NCBI RefSeq assembly: GCF_018977255.1
Contig: NW_024704743.1
Span: 56,422,001 to 56,486,000, forward strand
DNA: 64,000 bases
From: Callorhinchus milii
Taxonomy: Eukaryota
Direction of reading: 5' to 3'
The position numbers were made by a program, and so were the translations under genes. The notes beneath the pieces are model-generated. The model saw only the letters and a program-made list of their open reading frames with translations, did no database searches and was not told the DNA's origin. Below, in pieces: positions 1-12,800 of this stretch (within the stretch, counting starts at the first letter, position 1; each line of letters begins with the position of its first letter).

Positions 1-439
1 CCTGAAATTCAGTTAGAATACACTCAAAATGTAATAATAATCCTTCTTTTTGGTATAGCAGCTTTCACATTGAAGGATGTCTCAAAGCACTTCACATTAT
101 ATGCAATACAGCAGAGTGAACGTGATTGTATGTTTTGTGGGTGAACCCGGTAGCCAGTTTGCATACAGCAATGTTACTGTAAACAGCCATTAGCATTTTT
201 TTTATTTGGGTGATTTGATTTGGCCAAGACGCTGGAAGAAGCTCCTTTAATGGACAATCTTAAGAGAGGTTCAGTTGAAGAAAATCCTCTGGTCTATTTG
301 ATCTCATTCTTCCAAAATGCCAGTTCTACTGACTTCCTAACACAGCATTGAGCTATTTCTTAATTGAGCTGAGATATTTTTCTATTCCATTTTAACATCT
401 CAAAAACAATTTGCTGCTAAATCAAAAACCAATATGATG

Positions 440-680
440 CTCACTAAAAGGAGACATCTCAGAAGGGACCTTAGAAAGGTACATAAGAATTTAACTGGGA
501 TTGAGATACTTTCAGACGTGCCGAGACAGCAAAACAAGAGGACACATGTTCAGAGTTGTAAAGGGCAATTTCAGGAAATATTTATTTATGCAGCGAGCAA
601 TGAATGTCTAGACCAAGTTATCAGGAAGGGTGGTTAAAGCCATGATGCTGGACTGGTTTCAAAAACAGCTTTATGCTCTC
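440..680 (+). mobile_element. Degenerate CR1-like LINE 3' fragment
   Basis: Translates to KRRHLRRDL..V.K..TG, resembling the CR1 ORF2 C-terminus. Related fragments occur at 46240 and 56580. Confidence 0.5.
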
Positions 681-687
681 ATGGGGG

Positions 688-1455
688 GTATCCAGAACTC
701 TGCAGCCCGTGTTCTCTCCCACACTAATCAAGGTGAGCCCATCACCCCTCACTTGGCTTCTTTAGTGTCCCATCTCCCAATGGATCAAGATTTCAAGATC
801 CTTATCCTCGCATTCAAATCCCACCATTGCCTCGCCTGACCTACCTCTGCAATCTCCTGCAACCTACTGACCCAGCCGCTCCCTCCACTCAGCTTCATGT
901 CCTCTAACTGTTCCATCCCACCATCGGTGGAGTCCTGTAGCTCAGTGGTGAGAGCACTTGCCTTGCAAGCGAGAAACCTGAGTTCAATTCCAGGCAGGGC
1001 GAAACCTTGGGCAAGGTTCCTTACTCCACACGCCTAATAATAATATCTCCAAAAACAAAAACGATAATAAATTGGTAATTTTCAATCTGTTTGTGGGACA
1101 CTGCTGTGCAGAATTGGCTGCCGCGTTCGCCCACAAATATTTGGTCAATTCACTTTACAGCATATTCTGTGAAGAGTTTTGAGACATCTAGAAGACGTGA
1201 AAAGTGCTATATCAAATGCAAGGATTATTATTATCATCGATGGGTGAGCTTTCAGCCATTCTGCCCCTGCTTTCACTCCATCCTGGAGAACCTCCGCCTT
1301 CCCCAATTTAAAGCCACCCTATGACATTCTGTTCAACTGCACTTTCAGTCATCTTTCTCTTCTCCCCGCCCCCATCTCATATGCCCAATCAGCTATGTGA
1401 AGTACTTTGAGACATCCTTCCAATGTGAAAGGCACCGAATAAATGTATATTGTGT
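688..1455 (+). mobile_element. L2-clade LINE 3' fragment interrupted by a SINE
   Basis: IQNSAARVLSHT...PITPHLASL...DFKILIL.FKS is typical of the L2 ORF2 C-terminus. The element resumes after 1235 and ends in the shared tail (gagacatcc...gtgaaaggcac). Confidence 0.8.
927..1234 (+). mobile_element. tRNA-derived SINE with L2-type tail
   Basis: Pol III A-box TAGCTCAGTGG and B-box GAGTTCAATTCC. Tail gctatatcaaatgcaaggattattatt. Similar copies at 1481 and 18702. Confidence 0.88.
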
Positions 1456-1480
1456 TGCATTCTAGAAGTATTGCATTCTA

Positions 1481-1756
1481 GTAGAGACCTGTAGCTCAGT
1501 GGTTAGAGCACTTGCCTCACAAGTGAGAGACCTGGGTTCGATTCCCAGCAGGGCGAAACCTTGGGCAAGTTTCCTTACTCAAAAAAAAGAATAATAATTT
1601 GGTCACTCAATCCACGACTGTTTGTGGGACACTGCTGTGCGCAATTGGCTGCCTCGTTTCGCCCTCAAATATACAATCAATTCACTTTACAGTATATTCT
1701 ATGAAGCGCTTTAAGACGTAAAAAGCGCTATATCAAATGCAAGGATTATTATTATT
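1481..1756 (+). mobile_element. tRNA-derived SINE, same family as 927-1234
   Basis: A-box TAGCTCAGTGG, B-box GGTTCGATTCC, same body and (ATT)n tail. Confidence 0.88.
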
Positions 1757-2039
1757 AAGAATGAGATCAAATATGTCAAAGGCCCTTCTTTATCCAAACC
1801 TCTCTCATGAATGTTGTAAACATTGAAGTGATGCAGCCTAGAGCTGTGTTTATTGAAAGAGATGGATTAGCAAGACATCTAATGATTTAAATGGGCCAGT
1901 TTAACACAAACCGAAGGGTCAATCCTTTTTTTTAAGATGGTTGGCATATTAAAATTCATTTGGAGAGTACCTCTTGTGAAATATAAGAGGAAAATGTAAT
2001 AAGTATCAAAGATCTGGATGAATGAAAAAAATAATCAAC

Positions 2040-2468
2040 AATAATAATCATTGCTTTTTGTATAACGTCTTATCATGTTGGATGGACGTCTCAAAGTGCT
2101 TCAGAGGATTTAATGTAAAATTGAGTGACTGTGTAATTTGCAGGCAAATGTGGCAGCACCTTCAGGCACACCAATGTCCCATAAACAGCCATAAAATGAA
2201 TGACCAATTCTATTTGGGGGATTGTTAGCCAGGACTCAGGTGAAGCTCCTTTCTCTTATTGAATAGTGCCGCAGGATATTTAATGTCCTCCTGAACAGGC
2301 AGACAGGACCTCAGTTTAACATCTCATCCGAAGGACAGCACCTCCAAAAGTGCAGCATATCCTCAGCACTCTATTGGCGTGTCTATGTTAGTTCAAGTCT
2401 CGATGTGGGACTTGAGCCAACAACCTTCTGACTCAGAGGCGAGAATGCTACCACTGAACCAGCCTGAC
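2040..2468 (-). mobile_element. Deu-domain SINE (SacSINE1/AmnSINE1-related)
   Basis: Reverse complement of ggaggtgctgtccttcggatgagatgttaaactgaggtcctgtctgcc, a tRNA-like head (ctcgcctctgagtcagaagg) and an L2-type tail. Confidence 0.78.
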
Positions 2469-3184
2469 ACCACTGACTTATCTCGGCTAGTACAGAATAG
2501 CTGGTCTTACTCTGACACCTTCCCACAAGTTGAGTACAGAGTAGATTGGTTTGACTATTCTACTTCGACCACAATTCAGTTCCCAACAATATGTCAAAAC
2601 ATTGTTGCACAGGTAGAAAATGCTTCTTTTGACAAAGCAACAAGGTGCAATTAATCTCTGACCTAATTTTCCCGAGCTTGTTCCTGACTCACTCTATTAC
2701 TGCTTTTATATTACATTGTGAGGCCAATGCCCAAGTGAAGGTGCTGACACTTAAGTGTCTCTTTTTTGTACAGCTGCAGCTTTTTTATTTTAAAACCCCG
2801 GGGTTCCCAGTTTTTCATTCCGCACACCCAGCAAACTCATGTTAAATCGAGCAGCAAAAATGTGATCTGATAACATGAGCAGAGTTATTAACTTGAGGTG
2901 ATGGCATCAAAGAATATCTAAACACTGAACTGAGTACAATGACTTACCTCCTGTTTCTATGGGGCATCTCTATAATAAAAACAACTAACTCACTATTCAG
3001 GCTATTGTCAGCACTCAGAAGGGTACTATATAAATTCATATTGGTGGTTGTGATAGCACTGAAACCCCAAATTGATTTCTGCGTGCACTTCATTAATGTG
3101 CCAGTTTATTGACTGCTGCTAATGGGGAATTTCATTCTGTATGGACTTGTCTAATGATGGAACACATAATGACAATAATTTTAC

Positions 3185-3585
3185 AATCCTTATCCTAAGG
3201 TACATTGAATTTCATGTCAGAAGAACATCTCAAAGCAATTCACAAGATTTTTACTCTAAAGTGGTAATAATGTATTTCTGTGCAAATTGCACCCAATTTG
3301 CCCGCAACATGTTCCACATGCAGCCATGAAGTGAATGAACAATTTTATTTAATGGCTAGAACATTGGAGAAACTCCCTTCTGTTTTTGAACAGTGCCACG
3401 GGATTTTTAATTTACTTCTTAATATGCAGGTAGGGCTTCGATTTAATGTCTCATCCAAAGGACAGCACCTCAAACTATGCACCACACCCCTAGTACAGCA
3501 TTGGAGTGTCAGTTTAGAGTTTATAAGTTCCAAGCCCCAACATGGAGACTGAAACCACAACCTTCTGAATGAGTCAGGCTGACAC
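3185..3585 (-). mobile_element. Deu-domain SINE, degenerate
   Basis: Collinear with the 2040-2468 copy (tttaatgtctcatccaaaggacagcacctc). Confidence 0.72.
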
Positions 3586-4189
3586 ACATTTTGTGTATAC
3601 AGTACTGCAAAGGCATGCGCTTGATTTCACATAATGTTTTGTCACATTCTTTAATGCTCTTAACACCTGTGATGAAGAGCTGCCTGATTATTTGTTGTGT
3701 TCTTCATAGGTATTATACACACACACAGGTCTACGTAAAGGATATACATAAACTGTGAGTGTATGCAGAATTGTCTAGTAATGCCATTTGTAGCCTCAGG
3801 GACAGATTGTCACCTGATTCTGAGCTCAGTCACGTGCTAGGATTTCAGAATTAGCTATGCATTTATTTTTGGGTTCTTCTGCCATTTTGCAGCAAATTTC
3901 TTTCTGATAAACTAGGTGGCGTGCCTAAATGGTCTAGGTGAAAATTCAATCATTGTTGCCTCTGTGCACATAGTCCCATAGAGAGTATTCAATTTAAAGC
4001 TGATGTTTAGATGATTTTTCATCTCCTTAGGGGAGAGGTAAGCAGGGTCTCCTTGGGGCTGAGCTGACATCAAGGTGACGTGCTTGGCAACAGAATGTCA
4101 GAATCGAGTAAATCCTTTGTGACAGTCTCGGTAGTTCAGTTCCTAAGCCAGACGGGACTGCAGTACTCTATGGTACTGCTGAGGACAGA

Positions 4190-4345
4190 CCAGCCAGCCT
4201 GGCTCATCAACCGGACTTGGAGAGGCAGGGCTTTCTCCCACTCAGCTCCTGTTAACTCTGCAAGCCGAAGCCCTAACGGCTAGGGTGGTCCTGGCTGGAC
4301 AAGCAGTGGGAAGGTTGCCAGGCATTGCTCTCAATGGCAAGCTAT
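4190..4345 (+). repeat. Unclassified dispersed repeat, second copy inverted at about 41690-41875
   Basis: ccagccagcctggctcatc...ctgttaactctgcaag...aagccctaac..agggtggtcc matches the reverse complement of 41745-41865. Confidence 0.65.
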
Positions 4346-5584
4346 GCGGTTTTAGCAGGTTAGGTTCCTGCAGTACCCCAATGCACACTCTAGGGTCCCC
4401 AAGCTTTTCTCTTGCCAACCAGAGCCTAATACTGTCTGGAATTAGATAAGCAGGATGTGTCTCTCCAAGGGAGAATGTGCATTCCATTCCAAATACTGGG
4501 ATATTTCCAAGTGTCGATGACATCCATACGTGGAACTCTGTCTGGTTCAGATACTCTTTAGCACAGTGATGGGTTTGTGTATGTGTCAGACACCTGAATG
4601 ATCAAAGCATAACTATATTAATTACCTAATTGTGATATCATGTCAAATAATGACAGAAAGCATGTCTTTAAAATATCCTGGATGCAGGCAATAAATAGTA
4701 AAGTATTATTCTTAGAATGGTGATAAATAATTCTTACTGGTTCATACATAATAATAAATAATCCTTGCATTTGATACAGTGCCCTGTCATATCATCAAGT
4801 CTCAAACCGTTTCACAGGACACCACGTGGCTATGTATTTTGGGGGCGAATGTGGCAGCCAATTTATACATAGCAATGTCCCAGAAGAGCCATGGAGTGAA
4901 TGCCCAATTATAATAAGAATCCTCACATTTATTATTTTTAATTATCGATAACTGTGGAGTATATTATATATATTATATGGTTAAACTAGTGTCCTGCAAA
5001 CCCTGCCTCCAGTGCAGGCAAGAAGTGCAATTGCTTCCACAAGTCAACTTCAGACCAAGCCATTCTGAAATACTTTGGGAGTCACACCCATTGCCAGTCT
5101 TGTTATGGACTGGCATTTATCAACAATGTGATAGTTAACGCATTACAACTTGTAACTTTTGCTTGGTTGATCCAAAACACTTGCATAACAAAAGAGTTTA
5201 ATAATTTATTGCATTTTTTCAGCACAATTTCATTTTATGTTGGCTTGTATCATGTGATTTACTGACTTTATGCCGTAAATTAAACATGAGCCAGAAAACA
5301 TCTCCCAAACCTGGTCTCTATAAAAGGAGATTTTGTTTTGTGGAGCACACACCTCGTCCAGAGTTATTGCTTGGTGAAATAAAGGTTAACAGGAGCTTTC
5401 CGATCTATTTTCCCAAGTTAAGACTGAAAACTTTTTTTAAAAACTGATTCAAAGGGACAAAGCCTACAAAATGCTCAGTCAAAACACATTGCAGTAAAAT
5501 CCTGCAAAGCGCTTTGAGATATCCTTCTGACGTGAGAGACACTATATCAATTGCAAATACAAGGACAGTTTTCCTTATTTCTAA

Positions 5585-6032
5585 GCCCAGCTTAGGTTGA
5601 TAGTATTCTCGCCTCTGAGTCAGAAGTTTATAGAGGTTCAAGCTCACATTGGGACTTGAAATTCATAACAGTCTAAGCTGACACAGCAATGCAGTGCTGG
5701 GGGAGTGTTGCATTGTTGGAGGTGGCGTCATTCGGATGAGATGTTAATCTAAGTCCCCATCTGCTTGTTCAAGTGGATGTTAAGAATCTCATGGCACTAT
5801 TCGAAAAGAGAAGGGAGTTTCTCCCAATGTACCAGCCAACAATCAATCTCCTCCCAAAAATTGTTCATTCACTTTATGGCTATTTGTTGGAATTGCTGTG
5901 CGCAACTTGGCTATTGTGTTTGCCAACAAAACACACAATTACTTCACTTTACATTATATATCCTGTGAAGCATTTTGGGACATCCTCCTGCGTAAAAGAC
6001 ACTATATCAAGTGCAAAGATTACTATTATTTA
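5585..6032 (+). mobile_element. Deu-domain SINE
   Basis: Head tctcgcctctgagtcagaag, core ggaggtggcgtcattcggatgagatgttaa, tail actatatcaagtgcaaagattactattatt. Confidence 0.78.
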
Positions 6033-6738
6033 TATGGAAATGAGTATTCAGTTGGAGTATTCCAACTAACCGATTAGTTATCTTCTCTTTCAAATACAAA
6101 ATGTCTGTGGATTTATACTCTTTTGGCAAAGTCAAGTCTGTCATTGGACATTGACCAGAATCCTCCATACCACAAATTGCAAGATCAATGATGATACAGT
6201 GTGGCTCGTTGTAATATGTTTATTTTTAATGCGGATTCTTCAGATACTTGCCCCACCTGATCACTGCGATCTTCTATGGCCCTGACAGCGCTCCCCCGTC
6301 CCCTCCCATCCCCTCCACTCAGCAAACACCAGTCTGCTTCATATCCCCAACACATTCCAACCAATCTTTGGCAGGTGAGCCTTCAGCTATTTAGCTCCCA
6401 CTCTCTGTAACTAGAGTCTCTCTGCCTTGCTCCGGCAAGCTTCCTTATAAACCCAACTTAAAATAGTTTCAATGGTGTTTTCGGCCACTTTTCCCCTCTC
6501 CTGAATTCCCTTCCCCCCTCCCCCAACTCTGGCTCTTTGTCAGTTGTGTGAAGTGCTTTGAGATATATAATATATATTAGGAATATATATTACTTCAATT
6601 ATAAAAGTATTGCAAAAGCAATATTGAAAGCTTACTCCTTTCTGATATGCAGAGTGAGTCTGGTCAATTTGTACTTCTTCATAGTAACTAAAATTATTGT
6701 ACTTACGCACTAATTGTGAATTGTTTTGTTTTCCTCAG

Positions 6739-6834
6739 ATTACTATAACCCACAAGAATCAGGCTCCGATGTTGACAGCTCCACCTCCCAAGACTGGCTT
6801 CTTTTCTTCAATCATCAAGCGAACTAGAAGCTAA
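6739..6834 (+). CDS. DGKB: Diacylglycerol kinase beta, last coding exon ([31 protein letters not shown])
   Basis: Polypyrimidine acceptor ttgttttgttttcctcag ends at 6738, followed by 31 codons and TAA at 6832-6834. The peptide closely resembles the recalled DGKB C-terminus ([30 protein letters not shown]...). Position upstream of ETV1 on the same strand matches known vertebrate synteny. Confidence 0.93.
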   Translation: MTITHKNQAPMLTAPPPKTGFFSSIIKRTRS

Positions 6835-9800
6835 AGGAAAAGCATAAAATAGGAGAAGAATTAAATCAGTTGAGCTGTGCAGTTTTCTCTCAGTCTTACA
6901 TCAAGGACGAAGATGGGAGTAGAGGCAGAATTTAACTGCAGAATTGCACTATTCAAAATAAAGGGTACATCATTCAATCTCACAGTTGCTACACTGTGAC
7001 TGAATGCCAGAATTAAACCATGAAGGTTACTGTTGGCACATGTAGTTTTGGTCTGCAGTTTACGCATGACGGCATTTATCTTTTATGGCATTGATTCAAG
7101 CTGCATGAATTGCATTTAGGATTTAGGAAGGTCTGCACTCCCAGTTTTTCACTTTTTGGCCTTAGTTGGGAGACTTTCTTGGCTCAAAACCATTAAATTC
7201 AATTGACGTTTTCTTGTGATTAGGGCGCAGGGTTAAAGAGACAATGATTCCTGTCATCAGCCTACAAAAACAAGTTACATGAAGCATCTTATTAAAATCT
7301 TACTACTAAAAAAAGTGTAAATACTCCATCTAAGTTAGTAATAGCATACCTTTGAAATTCTACAGTTACTGCATCCATTATTTAAACTTCTAAATGCATG
7401 AATTCACACTTTCACTGTTTTGGGCAAATTTATGTTTCTTCCACTTTCGATGGCTCCTTTTTGCTATTGGCGGCACGGATTGAATCTCAGCCATGTTGTT
7501 TTTGTTCAGCGCATGGCTTTTTGTTCACATGGAAAGAGGGTTAAGGGTTAACCCTAACCCAAACAGTTAGGCAAATTATAAAAATATGCTTTTAGTTTGT
7601 TGTCTTCTATTGATCAATGATGCTGCCCCCCTGCCCGATTCGGTCTTTTTGCAAGCAAGCTAACCTTACCTTTTTCACCTTGCAAATCGAATGCTATCAA
7701 CTTTTTCTGATTGACTAGTGAAAAACATTGCTCAAATGTGGTGTATGCATCTTTTGCAGTCTGCATGGATTATTCCTGTGTTTATTGATGCCCACTGTAT
7801 TTACTACAATTATTGGTCGCCAACTGGAATACGGAAATTAGGAGCAGGGTACATTAAACTGCACTGAAATTGAGTCAGTTTGTACTGTATTGAAGTGTCA
7901 GTTGTGCAACCTTTGATAACACATCAAAAATTCTATCTTAATTTTTTTATGCAGGCTAAGAGGTGGGATTTTTTGCATTTTAATTTTACTTGTGAATCCA
8001 TGTGCTCAAGGTGATTTTGGCACCCAGGCTCAAGCATAACACACAGCCAACTCAAACTTAATTTACACTCTATTAGTGCATTGGTTCAATATAAATCTCA
8101 ATGGAAAAATTCTGTATCAACTATTCTGTCTGAAAACTCATACCCATGCACGAAACTCTTATAAGACAGGTTGGCAGATCTGTACAAGTTCAGACCAAAT
8201 TACCTTATGATGTGGAGACAATCAAATACTTAATCCACCAGAGCCTAAGAAAAGAAGTTTCCTTCGTACATGCCTTTATGAAGGAAACACAAATTTGAAC
8301 ACTTGTTCCCAGACCAGAGTCCCAAATTTAATTTAGTCTTTAAAGAGAATTTAACATTGTGCAGAATGGTGGAATATGTCTTAAATTCAGTCTATATTTT
8401 GGAGCTGTTTTTTGCTAAGGTTATTTAAAAGAACTGTCTTCCAAATTAAAACTGAGTTTAAAAATTTTCCACGATTCTAAGCGATCTTAGATTTCAAGGC
8501 ATTATTGTCACATAGGCACTCTATTGTCACTCTGTGCAATTTCAGGCCTGAGATGCGTTGATTCCTGAGATGCTGTCACTTCAAGAAGCTTACCTTTTAG
8601 CGACAAGTTGTTACTGCTTTCAGTCAGTCATTGGATATAAGACTCTAGGAAGATATTCAGTTATTCACTGAGGGCCAGATTGATGTGCCCCATTCTAAAC
8701 CATAGACCTTAGTCAGTACAAAAATGGGGGAAGTGGGGAGGAAGCAACTGAGTGAAACCTGCAATGTGTTTGATATTACCAGTGATAAATATCACATTTA
8801 ATGAATGTGGTTGAGACTGTGGATGACCAAAACCTATCCACGGGTATGATTCCCCTCTCCACCCCGACTTCATGACAATGGTTCGTCCTGAAGCCAGGGA
8901 GTTGGAGTGGAAGAGGAAGAAGTGTAGACACAGAGCATTATTTCATTATCAAAGTGTCTGAACTGCATTGAACAATATAATAATTATTATTGCTGATTAC
9001 CACTGATAATAATGAACAACTGACTAACGCTAGTTGCAAATCAATTTATGGCTCTCTTATATTAGACCTTTTGTGAACCCTTACACTTTCAGCACAACTT
9101 TTTCTCAAATACATATGTATTCCTTAATTCTGTTGCGGGCGATGGAAGTCAAGGATGTATACCTTAATTTTTCTGAAATGTTGACAGAATAGCATCAGTG
9201 GTTTGTTTTGAAGATAGAACACCCTTAACTAGAATAGCAGATGATATTTCAAAATGTGTTCTGTGATTATGCTAAACTTGGAGATTTTGTTGTAAGATAT
9301 CTGCATGACATGTTGTGCAAAATATTCTTCGTGACTTGATATACTGTAAAATAATATGTCTTTCTCATTGGTTTTCCTTGACTTTGATTATTGATTTGAA
9401 GTCGTTGGGCACTTCTCTCATTTAAAAATGTAGAGTTCATTGCTGCGTTCTCCTGCCTGGAACCTTTTTTTTAATTCCTCGTGATGGGTATTGACCACAT
9501 GTTATTGCACAACACAGCAAGTTTCATCAGGACTAGTCACTATTCATTTCTGCTAAGGAGAGCTGATGGATAAGGCATTCCAGATACATAAGTGAGCGCT
9601 TTGCCCAACTAGCTTCAGAGCAGTGAGAGTGACTTTCCCCTTTTATGTTATGACAACTGGTTCATCATCTGCTCAGAGAAGCAGCCCTTCCTTTCTGCAA
9701 ATTTCCCTTTGAAGTCATCACAAACAGGCAACATTATTTATATTCTCTTGGGAAGAGTGAGGTGGGGGGGTACTTGGAGGGAAATCCATGCTGGACTAAT

Positions 9801-12800
9801 GTACCATTACAGATATATTAGGTGCATGTTATAGAACTGTGTGATCAAAGTGTAGCCAAGGTTTTTTAAAAAAGAGTACCAATAAATTAAATTGTATGGT
9901 TAGTATTTCGGAAATGTATTTATTCATGGTTAGATTTATGGGTTGCACAATTATCAGTGTCTTTGATACATAGTAGGTAAGAATCAAAATGCAAGGTTTA
10001 TATTATAATGATAATAACCCTTGTATTTGATACTGCACCTTATTGCGTCTTCAAAAAACATCTCAATAAACATGGCGGGAGGGTCATTCTCTGATCAATG
10101 ATAAAACTTGCCAAACTTGGTGCGCAAGTGAATGCATCTTGTTCTGCAATGGTTGTCAAATAATTTATTGATTTTAACCATGTGAGTTTACAATGGAACA
10201 AATTGATTTATGTACGAAATTGCTTCCAAAAATGTAATTCTATTCAAGGGAATCTAACTTGCAAGATTCACAAAAATATTTTTAACTATCAAATTCTGTA
10301 GGAATCTGAATATGTGTCTCTCTGGAACTCTGCATGAATTGGACTCCATTGTGAATTGAACTTTCTGATCATGGTACAGGGAAGTTTCCGTTGCCTATCA
10401 GGAGATTGAAATTCTCTTTACAAATCTCACAGATTAGTGCATCAATGGGATAGAATTGCACTGTCAAAATGTCCCCAGTGAATTAGCTGATTTTGGTTGA
10501 TTGATTCCTGATCACTGTTCAATAACCTCTCACCTATGTGTGTGTATGTATGTATGTGTGCGTGTGTGTGTATCTTGTCTGTCTGTATGTATGTATGCTG
10601 GTGAGAACTGGATACATGCCTCCCCTTTCCCCCGTCATTACAGACAAATTGCCTGCCAACAATCACTGTCTATTTATGCAAATGAAGAGTGGTTACTTGG
10701 TGAGGTATCAGTCGGGAAACCAAATTCTAGTGAGTTGCCTACAAGAAACACAGTTGGGTAGCAATTCCGCCTGGTTCTATATTTCCTCTATTTATGGGCG
10801 TGCAGACTTGACAAATTGTTGATTAAGTCCTAAGTAGGGTTGGTTTTCTATAGTTTTAAAAAGGTCAGAAATCCAGCTTTAAAATTAAGATTATGGATGA
10901 TCTAAAATTCTTTGTCAATGGAGTGAAATTTCTCCCCAAGCATTTCTTATGCTTTGAGATTCATACTGGATTGGACATTAACCATCGAATAACATTTGAA
11001 TATGTTGAAATACAACATAAGCTAGAAGAATGACCTTCACTATTGCTTTGAACACGCTTCTGATTACTGCACAAAGTTCTCAGTTGGTATATTCATTTAT
11101 GGTTATTTTGTTTGGGAAATATGAAGGATCCCATCCCAAAAAGATCCAGTCCTGCCTTCACCTTGCCTACCATCTGCACAGCACAAAATGAAACATTCCT
11201 TCTCTCTCTTTCATAAGTCACTGAGTTCCTTAGTCTTGCTTCTTAGACACCATTGCTGGATAAACTTTACAATTATTGCTGCAGAGTGGACACATCCATG
11301 TTACTGTATAAATAACTCTGAAACCAAAGGTCTTAAGACAATATCCATTAAATTAGTATTTTTGGTGTTAGTTTCAGTTCCATTCATGTTGAATTGAGTC
11401 CAAGGTTTAAACATTTCAGTATGTGATCTAGTTATCACCTACCATATTTTTCATCCCAAAACATGTAATGCCAACTAGTTGGAATTTGCCAATTATGCGG
11501 TTGTAATACTACAAACATGGAACTCAATTCTTGGTAGATTTCTACTTTGATTAGAGGTGCCCAGTACCACGGAACCATCCCATAGAAGGAAAAGAAAGCT
11601 AAGAAAAGGTGAGAAGATAAAATTGGGGGGTGGGGGTGAGGGGGGTGGGGAGGAAGGATAGAATAAAAGGCTGGAATTGCTCCAGTATCCAGAACCAATA
11701 GATGAGCCAGAAATCAACGTTCTCCTCTGCACTTTTGCTGGTGGTTATCTCCAGAAATCACTGCTCAGAGATTGTCCTTAGGGACCTCTTTCCTTGTTTA
11801 GAATCCTAATAACTAGCATTGAGGAGAGTTTAATCCCACCAATCTGGGCTAGTTTTAAACCTGGGTTCCAGAGATGAAAGAACATTATGCTGACTTAACT
11901 ACCAATTCCTCTATTGCTCCAGCTTCTATTATTTTTTCCATAATGGTGATAACATTTACCACACAATTAATGTGCTGATTGCTGATGCTTCTGTGGAACT
12001 AGGGGAAAAAATCCTACCAGGGTCTAAACTTAGACTTTCTTCTTACCAATTTGGAGCAATCAAATTTTGGTTCATTCTTAAATCCAGTCCTAATTTTGAA
12101 GCTGGGTAAAAAGAACCTAGAGAAAACTGGCTTCAAAATTGAGACTGAATTTAAGTGTTGTCCCACATTTTATGAAATACTAAGAAAAAGGATCTCTGAG
12201 TCTACACCCGGTGGAATTACTTCTCCTGGTATCTAGTTTTTATACATTTATGTTGTTGGCATATACTCTTCACTGTGACTCAGGCTTATTCTTTACAAAG
12301 ATAAAATGAATCAGTCTTATAACAGGATTTCTAATTGTAAGAACACATACAAAAAAGGCTACAGGTAGCTAATAATGCATATTTTTTTCCATATGTTTCA
12401 GTTTAAGATATAGAACTGTAGTATACTACATTATTAACTACAGCCAAACGAGTGTGAAACACAGAGATTTCAAATGGTACTTCTTAATGGAGGAATGCAA
12501 GTTGGGAATCCTGATAACCAGAAGTATGTCACACCAACTCATGGGAACTTCACTCTGAAAATAGAGTTGGAGGGAGGGAGTTCTTATCAGTCCCCACAAC
12601 TTATTTCCTTATTTAGAGAATTCTGTTTGAAATCCCTGTGTTTTAGAGCCATACTTGCACAAAATATTTTCCTAACTCCAGTGGGTGTTTAATGCAAGAT
12701 AACGAAAACATGATAGTGTGAAAATGACATTAGATTGACAGCAATGTACAATATATACATATGCCTTCTTTATTTAGGGAATCCTGTTTGAAATCCCCAT

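Noticed and set aside
931..1010. tRNA gene (A and B boxes), also at 1486-1555 and 18705-18775
   Set aside because: Each continues into a shared SINE body and LINE-type tail, with no clean cloverleaf or terminator. These are SINE heads.
2018..3340. TGAATGAA matches near 2019 and 3332, and at 53076
   Set aside because: Isolated and within or beside repeat sequence that naturally contains aatgaatga. Not counted as CIC elements.
6832..6852. Stop-codon readthrough of DGKB (in-frame RKSIK*)
   Set aside because: TAA-A is not a leaky context, and I have no conservation evidence.
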